Virus record (IMG/VR): IMGVR_UViG_3300021138_000003
Strand: one strand, 5' to 3'
Length of the DNA stretch: 64,000 bases
Source of the DNA: an uncultured virus (IMG/VR IMGVR_UViG_3300021138_000003)
Taxonomy: Duplodnaviria > Heunggongvirae > Uroviricota > Caudoviricetes
Shown: positions 1 through 9,856 of the stretch, piece after piece
Numbering within the stretch: the stretch's first letter is position 1
How the letters are laid out: each line of letters begins with the position of its first letter
Notes under the pieces: model-generated
Seen by the model: the letters and a program-made list of their open reading frames with translations, nothing else
The model's database searches: none
Told to the model about the DNA's origin: nothing
Program-made: the position numbers and the translations under genes

Positions 1-8
1 ACATACAG

Positions 9-335
9 GTGCAAGGCGGAATGCCCTCACCTGTATATTTCAACAACTTTAGTGGTGCAATGGGTGTCGGTGACGTAAGATATAACACAAATTCTCAGTC
101 ACTTGAAGTTTACGACGGCACCACTTGGATGCAATTTCAGGACGGATATCCTATGATAAGTCTCACCACCGAGGCAGAAACATTGTTAGATTGGGCTCGT
201 GAGCAGCGTAATAAGCAATGGGAATTAGATGAACTAGCTAAAACCAAACCTGCCGTACAAGCCGCAATAGCAAACCTAAATAACGCCAAAGCACAGTTAG
301 AAGCAACTGTGATATTAAGCAAAGAGACATTATGA
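9..335 (+). CDS. hypothetical phage protein (may be 5'-truncated by the window edge)
   Basis: 108-aa ORF whose stop overlaps the next ATG (ATGA); the frame is open back to the window start. Confidence 0.6.
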   Translation: MQGGMPSPVYFNNFSGAMGVGDVRYNTNSQSLEVYDGTTWMQFQDGYPMISLTTEAETLLDWAREQRNKQWELDELAKTKPAVQAAIANLNNAKAQLEATVILSKETL

Positions 336-1972
336 CACGACCACCAGTTAATTTAACTCCATTGCAGAAAGACTACGCTGTCTATTTGCCAGCTATCAGT
401 AGTTTTTACAGCACATATATTGCCAAGCAACGATTAGAAGAGTTTGTGCCAACAGAAAGAATTCCAGCAGGATTCGATCGAGGTATCGAAGGTATGAACT
501 TCTTAAATCCCGAAGAAGGATACTTTACCTATAAGTATGCACTTTATTCTGCAGGTCATGCCCAGCTAGATGTAGTTAAAGCACAAACACAAGAAAGCAT
601 GATTCAACAGCGCGACCGAAATAATACAATGATTTTAGGCGACTCGGGCGGTTATCAGATTGGTAAGGGTGTTCTTAAGTTTGATTGGTTAAATTTTGAC
701 GGTCCTGCTGCAAACAAGACCCGTCAGAGTATCTTAGAATGGCTCGAAGTCACTGCTGACTGGTCCATGATGTTAGACGTTCCGACTTGGGCCTGCGATC
801 ATATTCACAGTGAAAAAACAGGACTAAAAACGTTCGAAGATTGCTTAGATAAAACACGGTTCAATAATGATTACTTTTTAAAGAATCGGTTAGGTCAGAC
901 TAAATGGCTGAATGTGTTGCAGGGCAGTGACTGGGATACTGCTGAAAAGTGGTATCAAGGCGTTAAGGAATTTAGTGATCCGGCTGGTCCATATGCAGGT
1001 AAAGAAGCAGAAGGCTGGGCATTCGGTGGTGCTAATATGTGCAAGATGGATATCACTCTTAAGCGCCTAATGACCCTTAGAGAAGACGGTTTGTTAACAA
1101 ACAAAAACTGGATTCACTTCTTGGGCACCGCACAACTTGATTGGAGTTGCTATCTAACTCTAATTCAGCGACAGGTCAGAAAACATATTAATCCAGAACT
1201 TACAATTTCGTTTGACTGTGCTAGTCCGTTTATCGCAACAGCACACGGGCTAGTTTATACTAACGCAGTTCACACTCCGAAACGGTGGTCAGTTATTATG
1301 GATAAGGCACCAGATAATAAATCACTTGCTGAATCGGATATTCCATTTCCGTTTGAATCAGAATTCGGTCGTAGATTAACAATGGGTGACATTGCTTACT
1401 ACAATCTCGGCGTACCGAAAACACAAGAGGAACTAGGCAAAGGTGTCACATTTGATCACTTAAATCCTGATCATTACGTTGAAGTTCCTAAGCTAAACAA
1501 ATTAGGTAAAATTCCTAACAAAACCTCTTGGGATAGTTTTAGCTATGCACTAATGATGGGTCACAATGTATACTGCCACATTGTTGCTGTGCAGAGAGCA
1601 CAACAGTTAATGGATATCGAACTCGTTAAGACCAAGGGCAAATTGCACTGGAAGCACTGGAAAAAGGTCAAAGCCGCAGATATGAGTGACGAATACAGTG
1701 ATTGGGTTCCGCGCAATATTCTTTACTTTAACAGCTTTATCGAAGACTTGTTCAACACCAAGACCAAAGAAGAAGCATTCGAAATGATTGATAGTCGTCA
1801 AGGAAAAGCATTCTTAACTGATCTAGAAGGTGCTCGACTACAAGGTGGGCCTGCTCAAAATCACTTCGGTAACTTGTTCGATGTAGAAACAGTAACTAAG
1901 CAAATCGAAATCGATCTAGCAAATCCCGACGACGATGACCTTCGCGCTCTAGAAGAAAGCATCGACGAATGA
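332..1972 (+). CDS. dpdA: TGT-family DNA guanine transglycosylase (DpdA-like)
   Basis: TGT motifs ILGDSGGYQ, MMLDVP, IHFLG, SFDCASP; clustered with folE, queE and a T-fold gene. Confidence 0.75.
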   Translation: MTRPPVNLTPLQKDYAVYLPAISSFYSTYIAKQRLEEFVPTERIPAGFDRGIEGMNFLNPEEGYFTYKYALYSAGHAQLDVVKAQTQESMIQQRDRNNTMILGDSGGYQIGKGVLKFDWLNFDGPAANKTRQSILEWLEVTADWSMMLDVPTWACDHIHSEKTGLKTFEDCLDKTRFNNDYFLKNRLGQTKWLNVLQGSDWDTAEKWYQGVKEFSDPAGPYAGKEAEGWAFGGANMCKMDITLKRLMTLREDGLLTNKNWIHFLGTAQLDWSCYLTLIQRQVRKHINPELTISFDCASPFIATAHGLVYTNAVHTPKRWSVIMDKAPDNKSLAESDIPFPFESEFGRRLTMGDIAYYNLGVPKTQEELGKGVTFDHLNPDHYVEVPKLNKLGKIPNKTSWDSFSYALMMGHNVYCHIVAVQRAQQLMDIELVKTKGKLHWKHWKKVKAADMSDEYSDWVPRNILYFNSFIEDLFNTKTKEEAFEMIDSRQGKAFLTDLEGARLQGGPAQNHFGNLFDVETVTKQIEIDLANPDDDDLRALEESIDE

Positions 1973-2496
1973 AGAGAGATTACACCACAGGCGTTTCAAC
2001 TGATGTAACATTTTTTGTTGGTACAGAAATTGAAAAAACTCCTGCGTTTGGTATGAAAACTTTATTTGTTGTAGGAATTCAAGATACATCAGAAATAATC
2101 AAGTATGCTAACGAACACAATTGTAGACACATATACTTCGGTGCTAATCAAAGTTTTAGCACCGATGGTGTTGACGATTACGAAGGGTGGAAACCTTGGG
2201 AAGACATGATAAAAATCTGCTTAGATGCCGGTTTTTGGTGTACGTTAGATTTCGATGTTACAGAAGTAGAAGGAGTTGCCGAAAGCGGACTTTCAGAACA
2301 TCGTCGATTTATTCCGCAAATATCGGTAAAAATTCCTTACTTGCAATTACTCAATTATAATGCTACAATTAAGATAGATGATAAGGGATTTGAAGCAAGT
2401 AATGCAGGTATTTGGTGCTTACCTCTCAACGAACTCACAACACGCAAATATTTTAATAGCTGGGACGATTACAGCAAAGATGAGATTATTAAATGA
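1969..2496 (+). CDS. hypothetical protein in the deazaguanine cluster
   Basis: 175 aa, ATGA overlaps on both sides; HIYFGANQSF segment; function not recognised. Confidence 0.7.
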   Translation: MKRDYTTGVSTDVTFFVGTEIEKTPAFGMKTLFVVGIQDTSEIIKYANEHNCRHIYFGANQSFSTDGVDDYEGWKPWEDMIKICLDAGFWCTLDFDVTEVEGVAESGLSEHRRFIPQISVKIPYLQLLNYNATIKIDDKGFEASNAGIWCLPLNELTTRKYFNSWDDYSKDEIIK

Positions 2497-2882
2497 ACGA
2501 TAAGTCAATGATTTGGGTTACCTTTAGAAAAGAAGGTATCCATATGTATCCGGGTGCTGATACAGATCCGAAACTTGCTACTCGTGATTGGGATGATGTT
2601 AGCTTTTTAGGAGTTCCTCATCGACATATTTTCCACTTTAAGGTGTGGATTGAGGTATTTCACGACGACCGTGATATCGAATTTATTCAGTTTAAGCGTT
2701 GGCTAGAACGTGCATACGAAGACGGCACGTTAGAGCTTAACCACAGATCCTGTGAGATGATTGCAAGGGACTTATGGACAATCATCGAAGCAAGATATCC
2801 TAATAGAGAAATTAGGATCGAAGTAAGCGAGGACGGCGAGAACGGCTGTTACCTCATTTTTCCATCAACTACTAATAATTAA
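2493..2882 (+). CDS. dpdL: QueD-like T-fold protein, DpdL-type (putative 7-carboxy-7-deazaguanine decarboxylase)
   Basis: LGVPHRHIF fits LxxxHRHxF rather than the QueD CxxxHGH motif; SCE and C-terminal VSEDGENG T-fold features. Confidence 0.65.
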   Translation: MNDKSMIWVTFRKEGIHMYPGADTDPKLATRDWDDVSFLGVPHRHIFHFKVWIEVFHDDRDIEFIQFKRWLERAYEDGTLELNHRSCEMIARDLWTIIEARYPNREIRIEVSEDGENGCYLIFPSTTNN

Positions 2883-2889
2883 GGTAAAA

Positions 2890-3105
2890 ATGATTTCTAT
2901 GAAACCCGAAGTGACTAAGATTTTCGACGATCTCGATGCATGGCTCAACCACTGCCGCGAGGAATTGATCGAATACAATCCCGCAGATCTTTATAAGTCC
3001 AAGGCTTATAAGGAATGGAAGAGCAAGCAAGATTACTTGCAGCGCAAAGCCCGCCGGGATATCCGGGAAGCAAAAGAAGCAAGAGGTCATCAGCACAAAC
3101 GATGA
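2890..3105 (+). CDS. small hypothetical protein
   Basis: 71-aa ORF with AAGG RBS; stop overlaps the next ATG. Confidence 0.6.
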   Translation: MISMKPEVTKIFDDLDAWLNHCREELIEYNPADLYKSKAYKEWKSKQDYLQRKARRDIREAKEARGHQHKR

Positions 3106-4172
3106 CTGTCTTTCTAATCGATTTAGAAGCTGTAGAATCTAGGTATACAGGTCAATGGAAGACCCATGTACCTAGACTCCTAAAGAAACATGGACATTTA
3201 ATTCATGTTATCGAAGGACCAAAAGATATTCCTCGGGCGACTACGCCCGGGGCATTTCTCAATTTCGGCGGTACAAATATCTATAAAGCCAGCCAAGTCG
3301 AACAGATGGCTAGGTTATTCACTGAAGGTAAAGTACATGCAGGTGATCATTTTATCTTTACAGATGCATGGCACCCTGGAATTATTAACCTAAAATACAT
3401 GAGCGAACTTCTACAGATTCCTGTTACTACACACGGTCTTTGGCATGCAGGTAGCTACGATCCGCAAGACTTTTTAGGTCGGCTGATCGGAGACGAACCT
3501 TGGGTACGGAATGCTGAATTTAGTTTTTTCTATTGTTTCGACCACAACTATTTTGCCACCGATTTTCACATCGATATGTTTTGCACAAACCTATTAGATG
3601 ATGACAATGTCGAAGGCATCATGAGTTATCATCCAGGTAGAATTGTAAGAACAGGCTGGCCCATGGAATATATGGAGGGAACACTTACCCCATATAAAGG
3701 GATGCCTAAGCGAGATCTAATCTTATTCCCACATCGTATTGCACCAGAAAAGCAGGTCGAAATCTTTCGTGATTTGAAAGAACATTTGCCACAGTATGAA
3801 TTTATTGTATGTCAAGATCAAGAACTAACAAAGAATGAATATCATAATCTGTTAGGTGAAGCTAAAATGATTTTCAGTGCGAATTTGCAAGAAACCTTAG
3901 GTATTAGCTGTTACGAGGGTGCATTGCTAGATGCAATTCCAATGGTTCCGGATCGTTTGAGCTACAGCGAAATGTATTTTGACACATTTAAGTACCCTAG
4001 TGAATGGACCGAAGACTGGGATTCATACGTGCAATGTCGTCCGTATCTAATGCGTGAAATTATGCAACATATGGATTTTTATGATTCACGAATTGCATAT
4101 GTTCGCAAGCAGGCAATGGCATTAACTGAGACATTCTTCAGTGCAGATATTTTATTAAAAAATATTAAGTAA
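3102..4172 (+). CDS. GT-B fold glycosyltransferase
   Basis: Start reassigned to ATG 3102 (MTVFLID, ATGA overlap); FPHRIAPEKQ and ETLGISCYE (E-x7-E) nucleotide-sugar-binding motifs. Confidence 0.8.
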   Translation: MTVFLIDLEAVESRYTGQWKTHVPRLLKKHGHLIHVIEGPKDIPRATTPGAFLNFGGTNIYKASQVEQMARLFTEGKVHAGDHFIFTDAWHPGIINLKYMSELLQIPVTTHGLWHAGSYDPQDFLGRLIGDEPWVRNAEFSFFYCFDHNYFATDFHIDMFCTNLLDDDNVEGIMSYHPGRIVRTGWPMEYMEGTLTPYKGMPKRDLILFPHRIAPEKQVEIFRDLKEHLPQYEFIVCQDQELTKNEYHNLLGEAKMIFSANLQETLGISCYEGALLDAIPMVPDRLSYSEMYFDTFKYPSEWTEDWDSYVQCRPYLMREIMQHMDFYDSRIAYVRKQAMALTETFFSADILLKNIK

Positions 4173-4174
4173 GA

Positions 4175-4203
4175 TTGACATTGCCTAAATAAAACACTAT
4201 AAT
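4175..4203 (+). promoter_or_regulatory. sigma70-type promoter upstream of folE
   Basis: TTGACA-17 nt-TATAAT, perfect consensus. Confidence 0.85.
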
Positions 4204-4225
4204 ATAGTGTAATTAGGAAATAATA

Positions 4226-4912
4226 ATGAAAACAAGTAAACAAATTCGTGAAACCTTAAAAGCTGCCGGCAAGCGTTTTTGGGCTGGTGATAACATTTCA
4301 GAATATCTCACCGAAGAAGATATTGCAAAGCTAATCGACGAAACTACTGAAGCATTCGAAGGTGTTTTAGATTCGTTGGTAATCGATCGTGAAACCGACC
4401 CAAATAGCAAAGGCACTGCCAAGCGTTTGGCAAAAATGTATTTTAATGAAATTATGGCAGGTAGATATAAAACGGCACCAGACGCAACAGCATTTCCGAA
4501 TGACTCGCAGGACCGCTACGAAGGTATGCTCGTTGTTCGCAGCGAGCTTCGTAGCATGTGCAGCCATCATCACCAACCCGTTACTGGTGTTGCTTATATT
4601 GGTATTATTGCCGCGCAAAAACTCATCGGACTTAGCAAATACACACGAATCGCACAATGGTGTGCAAGACGTGGTACTCTCCAGGAGGAACTTTGTAATG
4701 ACATTGCTAGGGAAATCTCTCGCGCAACAGCCTCCGAAAATGTAGCTGTTTATATCCAAGCCTCTCATGGTTGCTGCGAAAATCGCGGCATTATGGCACA
4801 TAGTTCATTGACTCAAACTACTGTACTCAAAGGTTCATTTAACACAGATCCTGCCACTAAGAAAGAGTTTTTTGACAACATTAAATTGCAGCAAGAATTT
4901 GCTCCTCGATAA
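4226..4912 (+). CDS. folE: GTP cyclohydrolase I
   Basis: SMCSHH, IGLSKYTRI, LQEEL and HGCCENRG motifs. Confidence 0.95.
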   Translation: MKTSKQIRETLKAAGKRFWAGDNISEYLTEEDIAKLIDETTEAFEGVLDSLVIDRETDPNSKGTAKRLAKMYFNEIMAGRYKTAPDATAFPNDSQDRYEGMLVVRSELRSMCSHHHQPVTGVAYIGIIAAQKLIGLSKYTRIAQWCARRGTLQEELCNDIAREISRATASENVAVYIQASHGCCENRGIMAHSSLTQTTVLKGSFNTDPATKKEFFDNIKLQQEFAPR

Positions 4913-4921
4913 GGAAAAACA

Positions 4922-5296
4922 ATGTCTAATAGTTACTATGCAACAACAAGTAATATGATACCTCGGTCAGTAGGTAAATCATACGGAACGCATGTAACCT
5001 CTTTACCAAAGGAAAAGAAGATGAGTTGGTTTAAAAGAAAAGTAAAAAACTGGTTAGATAGCAGTGAAGAGTATCCGTTAGAAAAAGCATCTTATGCTTC
5101 GGTAAGTCGAGATACCATTAGCGCAAACGGTATGAACATTACAGTTCATAGGGCGACCGGTGGGTTTGTTATCGAATCAAGACAGTACGATGTTACAAGA
5201 GATTCTAATAACAATCGACTTTTTATTGTCACTGATGAACAAGATTTAGGCCAAGAACTTGGTAAAATGATTACCATGGAATGCCTGCGGGGGTAA
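4922..5296 (+). CDS. hypothetical protein
   Basis: 124-aa ORF with AAGGA RBS, in operon context. Confidence 0.65.
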   Translation: MSNSYYATTSNMIPRSVGKSYGTHVTSLPKEKKMSWFKRKVKNWLDSSEEYPLEKASYASVSRDTISANGMNITVHRATGGFVIESRQYDVTRDSNNNRLFIVTDEQDLGQELGKMITMECLRG

Positions 5297-5297
5297 T

Positions 5298-5846
5298 ATG
5301 AAAAAGCTCACACTTACACACAATCACATTAGTGCATACACAGCTAAACTATGTCGAGATATTGCCAATAGTAACTGGCGCCCAGATTATGTTGTAGGAC
5401 TAACACGCGGTGGTTTAATTCCTGCCGTAATGATCAGTCATTATTTCGATGTTCCGATGAATACTTTAAAAGTGTGCCTGCGTGACAATGAGGATACAGA
5501 AACTAACGCTTGGATGGCCGACGAAGCATTCGGTTATGTAAACGAAGACGAACGGCACTTGTATGGCAACTGTCGTTGGGATATCAAGAAGCGTAAAAAT
5601 ATTCTCATCGTCGACGATATCAACGATACTGGTGCAACCTTTGAATGGATTAAAAACGATTGGCAAGGATGCTGCTTACCACACGAGCCATCATGGGACA
5701 CTGTTTGGCACAAAAATGTACGATTCGCAGTTCTTGTAGACAATCTATCAAGCAACTTCAAAACTGATCATAATGCAATCGAAATCAACAAAGCTGAAGA
5801 CGATGTTTGGGTCGATTTTCCTTGGGAAGAGTGGTGGGCTAAATGA
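5298..5846 (+). CDS. type I purine phosphoribosyltransferase (Gpt/Hpt-like)
   Basis: [15 protein letters not shown]-binding loop [14 protein letters not shown]-terminal WVDFPWE. Confidence 0.9.
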   Translation: MKKLTLTHNHISAYTAKLCRDIANSNWRPDYVVGLTRGGLIPAVMISHYFDVPMNTLKVCLRDNEDTETNAWMADEAFGYVNEDERHLYGNCRWDIKKRKNILIVDDINDTGATFEWIKNDWQGCCLPHEPSWDTVWHKNVRFAVLVDNLSSNFKTDHNAIEINKAEDDVWVDFPWEEWWAK

Positions 5847-6901
5847 GGATTGAGCCAGAAATTTTATTAGACTTTGAAGATGTATTAATTCGCCCAAAGC
5901 GGTCAACCCTGACTAGTCGCAAAGATGTAGATCTTCGGCGTGAATATACATTCAAACATAGCGGTCGAGCGTGGAGAGGCGTTCCTATTATGGCTGCCAA
6001 TATGGATGGAGTCGGCACCGTCAAAATGGCAGAATCATTGCAAAATTACGAGTTGTTTACCTGCTTAACCAAAGATACTGTTGAAATTCCTTTCGGATTA
6101 AATCCTCATAGATATGCAGTTAGCACTGGTACCAGCGACAAAGACTTCGAACGCTTACAACTGTTAATGCAAACGTATCCGTATATTCATTTTATCTGCA
6201 TCGATGTTGCTAACGGTTATAGTGAATCATTCGGTGACTTTGTTGCGTTAGTTCGCAGAACTTATCCCGAACACACTATCATTGCAGGTAATGTTGTTAC
6301 CGCAGATATGACACAGGAGTTAATTTTACGTGGAGCTGATATTATTAAAGTTGGTATTGGTCCTGGTAGTGTTTGCACTACTCGCATTCAAACTGGTGTC
6401 GGATATCCGCAGCTTTCGGCAATCATTGAATGTGCCGATGCTGCCCATGGTCTCGGCGGGCATATTATTGCTGACGGTGGCTGTACTTGTCCTGGTGACG
6501 TGGCTAAAGCATTTGGCGCAGGCGCTAATTTCGTAATGTTGGGAGGAATGCTTGCCGGTCACGACGAAGGTGGCGGTACAATAGTCACTCGTTGGAAGCA
6601 GTCTGGGCATACTGATGAAGGTAAACCTATTATAATCGGAGATCGTTGTGTACAATTCTACGGAATGAGCAGCGAAACTGCAATGAAAAAACACCACGGT
6701 GGAGTCGCCGAGTATAGAAGTTCAGAAGGTCGGACTGTAGAAGTACCTTATAAAGGGCCAGTTACAAGCACCCTACAAGATATACTCGGCGGCTTACGCA
6801 GCACTTGCACATACGTCGGTGCAGAAAATTTAAAACAGTTAAGCAAATGCACTACTTTTGTGCGAGTTAATAATCAGTTTAACAGAGTGTTTTCAAAGTA
6901 A
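5843..6901 (+). CDS. guaC: GMP reductase
   Basis: [52 protein letters not shown]; no CBS domains. Confidence 0.93.
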   Translation: MRIEPEILLDFEDVLIRPKRSTLTSRKDVDLRREYTFKHSGRAWRGVPIMAANMDGVGTVKMAESLQNYELFTCLTKDTVEIPFGLNPHRYAVSTGTSDKDFERLQLLMQTYPYIHFICIDVANGYSESFGDFVALVRRTYPEHTIIAGNVVTADMTQELILRGADIIKVGIGPGSVCTTRIQTGVGYPQLSAIIECADAAHGLGGHIIADGGCTCPGDVAKAFGAGANFVMLGGMLAGHDEGGGTIVTRWKQSGHTDEGKPIIIGDRCVQFYGMSSETAMKKHHGGVAEYRSSEGRTVEVPYKGPVTSTLQDILGGLRSTCTYVGAENLKQLSKCTTFVRVNNQFNRVFSK

Positions 6902-6906
6902 ATCAA

Positions 6907-7470
6907 ATGTTTGAATTAGTTAAAGCAAAAATAAAAGTTAAAATTCTTCCTAAAATTATCTATCTGCTATCTAGGTTGAGTTCATTAATTCTACATGTTG
7001 AAAGTGCAGCAATGATGAGTAATTCAAACGCAAGAGAATTCATCATTCGAAATAAATGGGCAAGCACCATGACAACGCTTAATGTAGCAAATGGCGGCAC
7101 TGGATTTACTTCACCTACGCATTATTACTCCACAGGAATGAATTTTAGTTCGAGTTTTCAAAATACCGGAATTACTTTCAATTCGCAGGGAAGTAAAGAA
7201 GTCGTAAGAATTACTCCAGAAGGAGATGTTAAGTGGAGCGGAACTCCTTCGCAGGCTGCAGAAGTTTTTAGACAATGCTTGCAGTTTCATGTAGAAGATC
7301 AAGTAAAATTTAAGGCGGCGGCCAGAAGTAGGTATTATATGCTGGCCTGTAAGAATATTCTAAATAAAGCCGAAACAATGCAGCACGACGAACTGCTTGA
7401 CTTTTTGAAAGATCAAGTGTATAATCGTGAAAGAAAAGTAATTATAGATAGTCTAAAGGGCAAAGAATAA
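6907..7470 (+). CDS. hypothetical protein (start uncertain)
   Basis: 187-aa ORF filling the gap; a later ATG may be the true start. Confidence 0.6.
   Translation: MFELVKAKIKVKILPKIIYLLSRLSSLILHVESAAMMSNSNAREFIIRNKWASTMTTLNVANGGTGFTSPTHYYSTGMNFSSSFQNTGITFNSQGSKEVVRITPEGDVKWSGTPSQAAEVFRQCLQFHVEDQVKFKAAARSRYYMLACKNILNKAETMQHDELLDFLKDQVYNRERKVIIDSLKGKE
7397..7425 (+). promoter_or_regulatory. internal sigma70-type promoter upstream of the queE block
   Basis: TTGACT-17 nt-TATAAT. Confidence 0.6.
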
Positions 7471-7644
7471 ATGAACGAATTTCAACAATGGATCGAACTT
7501 CAACGTACAAAAGACTTCAGCGACTTTCCTGAAATTTCAGAAGAAGTTGAAAAATGGATGGGTCATGCATTTTATGCAGGCCATTCTAAAGGGCATCTCG
7601 AAGGATACCTCCTCGGATTAGATGAATCAGGTGACGGCGAATGA
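7471..7644 (+). CDS. small hypothetical protein (57 aa, below the ORF-track cutoff)
   Basis: MNEFQQWIELQRTKDF...GLDESGDGE*; begins right after the previous stop and its TGA overlaps the queE ATG. Confidence 0.6.
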   Translation: MNEFQQWIELQRTKDFSDFPEISEEVEKWMGHAFYAGHSKGHLEGYLLGLDESGDGE

Positions 7645-8483
7645 GCAAGATTAAACTAGCAGAATTATTTTATAGTATTCAAGGCGAAGGTCGATACATG
7701 GGTGTCCCTTCAATTTTCTTACGCACATTTGGTTGCAATTTCAAGTGCGCGGGCTTCGGAATGCCCAAGGGAGAATTGAGCACCGAAGCATCCTCTCTTG
7801 ATCCGACACAATATACAGAGTATCATACTCTTCCACTTGTCACCACAGGCTGTGATAGTTACGCATCTTGGGACCCGCGTTTTAAAGGTCTGTCCCCGCA
7901 GGTAGAAACGGGTGAGATCGTAGATCGCATCTTGGGACTTCTTCCGTATAACGAATGGCGCGATGAGCACCTTGTTATCACGGGCGGCGAGCCGCTGCTA
8001 GGTTGGCAGCGTTCATATCCAGAATTGCTCGGCAATTTCAAGATGCGTGATCTTAAAGAAATCACGTTCGAAACAAATGGTACGCAAGAATTAGATAATG
8101 GATTTAAGCAGTATCTAATCGAATGGCAGCAACAAGACAATGCCAGAGAAATTACATTTAGTGTAAGTCCTAAGCTAAGTGTCAGCGGCGAAAAGCGCGA
8201 AGAAGCAATTCGGCCAGAAATTGTCTGCGATTATGAACGTGTAGGTTATGCTTATCTCAAGTTTGTAGTTGCTACAGACGACGATGCCAACGAAGCATTG
8301 GAAGTATCAAAGCTATATCGCGATGCAGGGTTTAAAGGTCCGATCTATTTAATGCCCGTAGGTGGTGTAGAAAGCGTGTATGCATTAAATAATAAGAATG
8401 TCGCATTGCTTGCATTGCAACACGGTTTGCGTTATAGTGATCGCTTACAAGTGCCACTGTTTAAAAATGCATGGGCTACATAG
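7641..8483 (+). CDS. queE: 7-carboxy-7-deazaguanine synthase (radical SAM)
   Basis: ELFYSIQGEG, FLRTFGCNFKC...GCDS, ITGGEPLL, FETNGT, SVSPKL. Confidence 0.9.
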   Translation: MSKIKLAELFYSIQGEGRYMGVPSIFLRTFGCNFKCAGFGMPKGELSTEASSLDPTQYTEYHTLPLVTTGCDSYASWDPRFKGLSPQVETGEIVDRILGLLPYNEWRDEHLVITGGEPLLGWQRSYPELLGNFKMRDLKEITFETNGTQELDNGFKQYLIEWQQQDNAREITFSVSPKLSVSGEKREEAIRPEIVCDYERVGYAYLKFVVATDDDANEALEVSKLYRDAGFKGPIYLMPVGGVESVYALNNKNVALLALQHGLRYSDRLQVPLFKNAWAT

Positions 8484-8492
8484 GGAATAACA

Positions 8493-8870
8493 ATGTTTAA
8501 TAGATTTATAAATTGGTTTACTGGCAAAAGTGCAGAGAAAGAAGCTGAAAAATATACTGTACCTAGTACTCCGCTAACTCCAAAAGAAATTGCTAACGCA
8601 AATAAAGAACCGTGGGTAGCTGTAATCGATGTGCAGGTTAATCAAGAAAATCCTAAGAATGGTTTTTTTGAACTCGACTGGAATGAATATTTTATTGTGT
8701 CATTACGCGAGGCAGGTTACACAGGCGGTACAGATGAAGAACTCGTCGATAAATGGTTTCAAGACCTTTGCCGAGAAATCGGCAACGACGAAGGGTTACC
8801 AATGGACCGTAGATACGGCGGTTACGTTAATGTCAACAATCTCGGAAACGGAAAGAGCGAAATCGGATAA
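8493..8870 (+). CDS. hypothetical protein
   Basis: 125-aa ORF (GFFELDWN segment), coupled to rnh by a TAATG overlap. Confidence 0.7.
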   Translation: MFNRFINWFTGKSAEKEAEKYTVPSTPLTPKEIANANKEPWVAVIDVQVNQENPKNGFFELDWNEYFIVSLREAGYTGGTDEELVDKWFQDLCREIGNDEGLPMDRRYGGYVNVNNLGNGKSEIG

Positions 8871-9856
8871 TGACATACATTTTAGTAGATACTGCGAATA
8901 CGTTTTTTAGAGCACGGCATGCTATGCGCGGCGATGCTCACGAAAAAGTCGGAATGAGCCTGCACGTTATTCTTAGTTCTATTCGAAAAGCGTGGGCAGA
9001 CTTTGATGGCAAACATGTTGTTTTCTGCCTCGAAGGTCGTTCGTGGCGCAAAGATTATTATGAGCCATATAAGCGTAATCGCAGTGATGCTCGTGCTGCT
9101 CATTCAGTTCGAGAAGCTGAAGAAGAAAAGCTGTTTTGGGAAACATTTGATGTGTTTAAAGAATACATCAACGAAAAAACTAATTGCTCCGTATTGCGCC
9201 ATCCTAACCTCGAAGCCGACGATCTAATCGCAGGTTGGATTGCTGCTCACCCTAATGACAACCATGTTATTATTTCAACAGACGGTGATTTTGCACAATT
9301 AATTGCGCCCAATGTAAAACAGTACAACGGTGTAATGAATATGACCATTACTCACGAAGGTTACTTCGACGACAAAGGTAAGCCGATCAAGGACAAAAAG
9401 ACAGGCGAAATTAAACCTGCTCCTGAGCCAGAATGGCAGTTGTTCAAGAAATGTATGCGCGGCGATACCAGTGATAATGTGTTCAGTGCATACCCAGGTG
9501 TTCGTGAAAAAGGCACTAAAAATAAAGTCGGATTGCAAGAAGCATTTGCAGATCGCAACTCTAAAGGTTGGGCATGGAATAATCTAATGCTGCAACGGTG
9601 GACTGATCACGAAGGTAAAGAACATCGCGTTCTAGAGGACTACAATCGAAACATTGTTCTTTGCGACCTTAAGGCTCAACCCGATGATGTTAAACTGCAA
9701 ATTGTAGAAACAATCCAGGCAGAAATCGACAAAGAAAAGAATATTAGTCAAGTCGGTATTCGACTTATGAAATTTTGCGGCCAGCACGATCTTGTCAAAG
9801 TCAGTGAACAAATACAAAGTTATGCAGAGCCGCTAAACGCAAGGTATCACCAATGA
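8870..9856 (+). CDS. rnh: T4-type RNase H / 5'-3' exonuclease
   Basis: ILVD, WRKDYYEPYKRNR, LEADDLIA, IISTDGDFAQL, GDTSDNV. Confidence 0.92.
   Translation: MTYILVDTANTFFRARHAMRGDAHEKVGMSLHVILSSIRKAWADFDGKHVVFCLEGRSWRKDYYEPYKRNRSDARAAHSVREAEEEKLFWETFDVFKEYINEKTNCSVLRHPNLEADDLIAGWIAAHPNDNHVIISTDGDFAQLIAPNVKQYNGVMNMTITHEGYFDDKGKPIKDKKTGEIKPAPEPEWQLFKKCMRGDTSDNVFSAYPGVREKGTKNKVGLQEAFADRNSKGWAWNNLMLQRWTDHEGKEHRVLEDYNRNIVLCDLKAQPDDVKLQIVETIQAEIDKEKNISQVGIRLMKFCGQHDLVKVSEQIQSYAEPLNARYHQ

Noticed and set aside
2341..2369. Internal promoter TTGCAA-17 nt-TACAAT
   Set aside because: Weaker match inside AT-rich coding sequence; could be chance
2493..2882. Canonical queD
   Set aside because: Lacks CxxxHGH and has LxxxHRHxF instead; a true queD may lie outside the window
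3015..3101. N-terminal extension of the glycosyltransferase given by the ORF track
   Set aside because: It overlaps the 71-aa ORF; ATG 3102 gives a clean ATGA coupling
5843..6901. IMP dehydrogenase (guaB)
   Set aside because: Length, lack of CBS domains and the RPKRSTL / AANMD / DVANGY motifs fit GMP reductase
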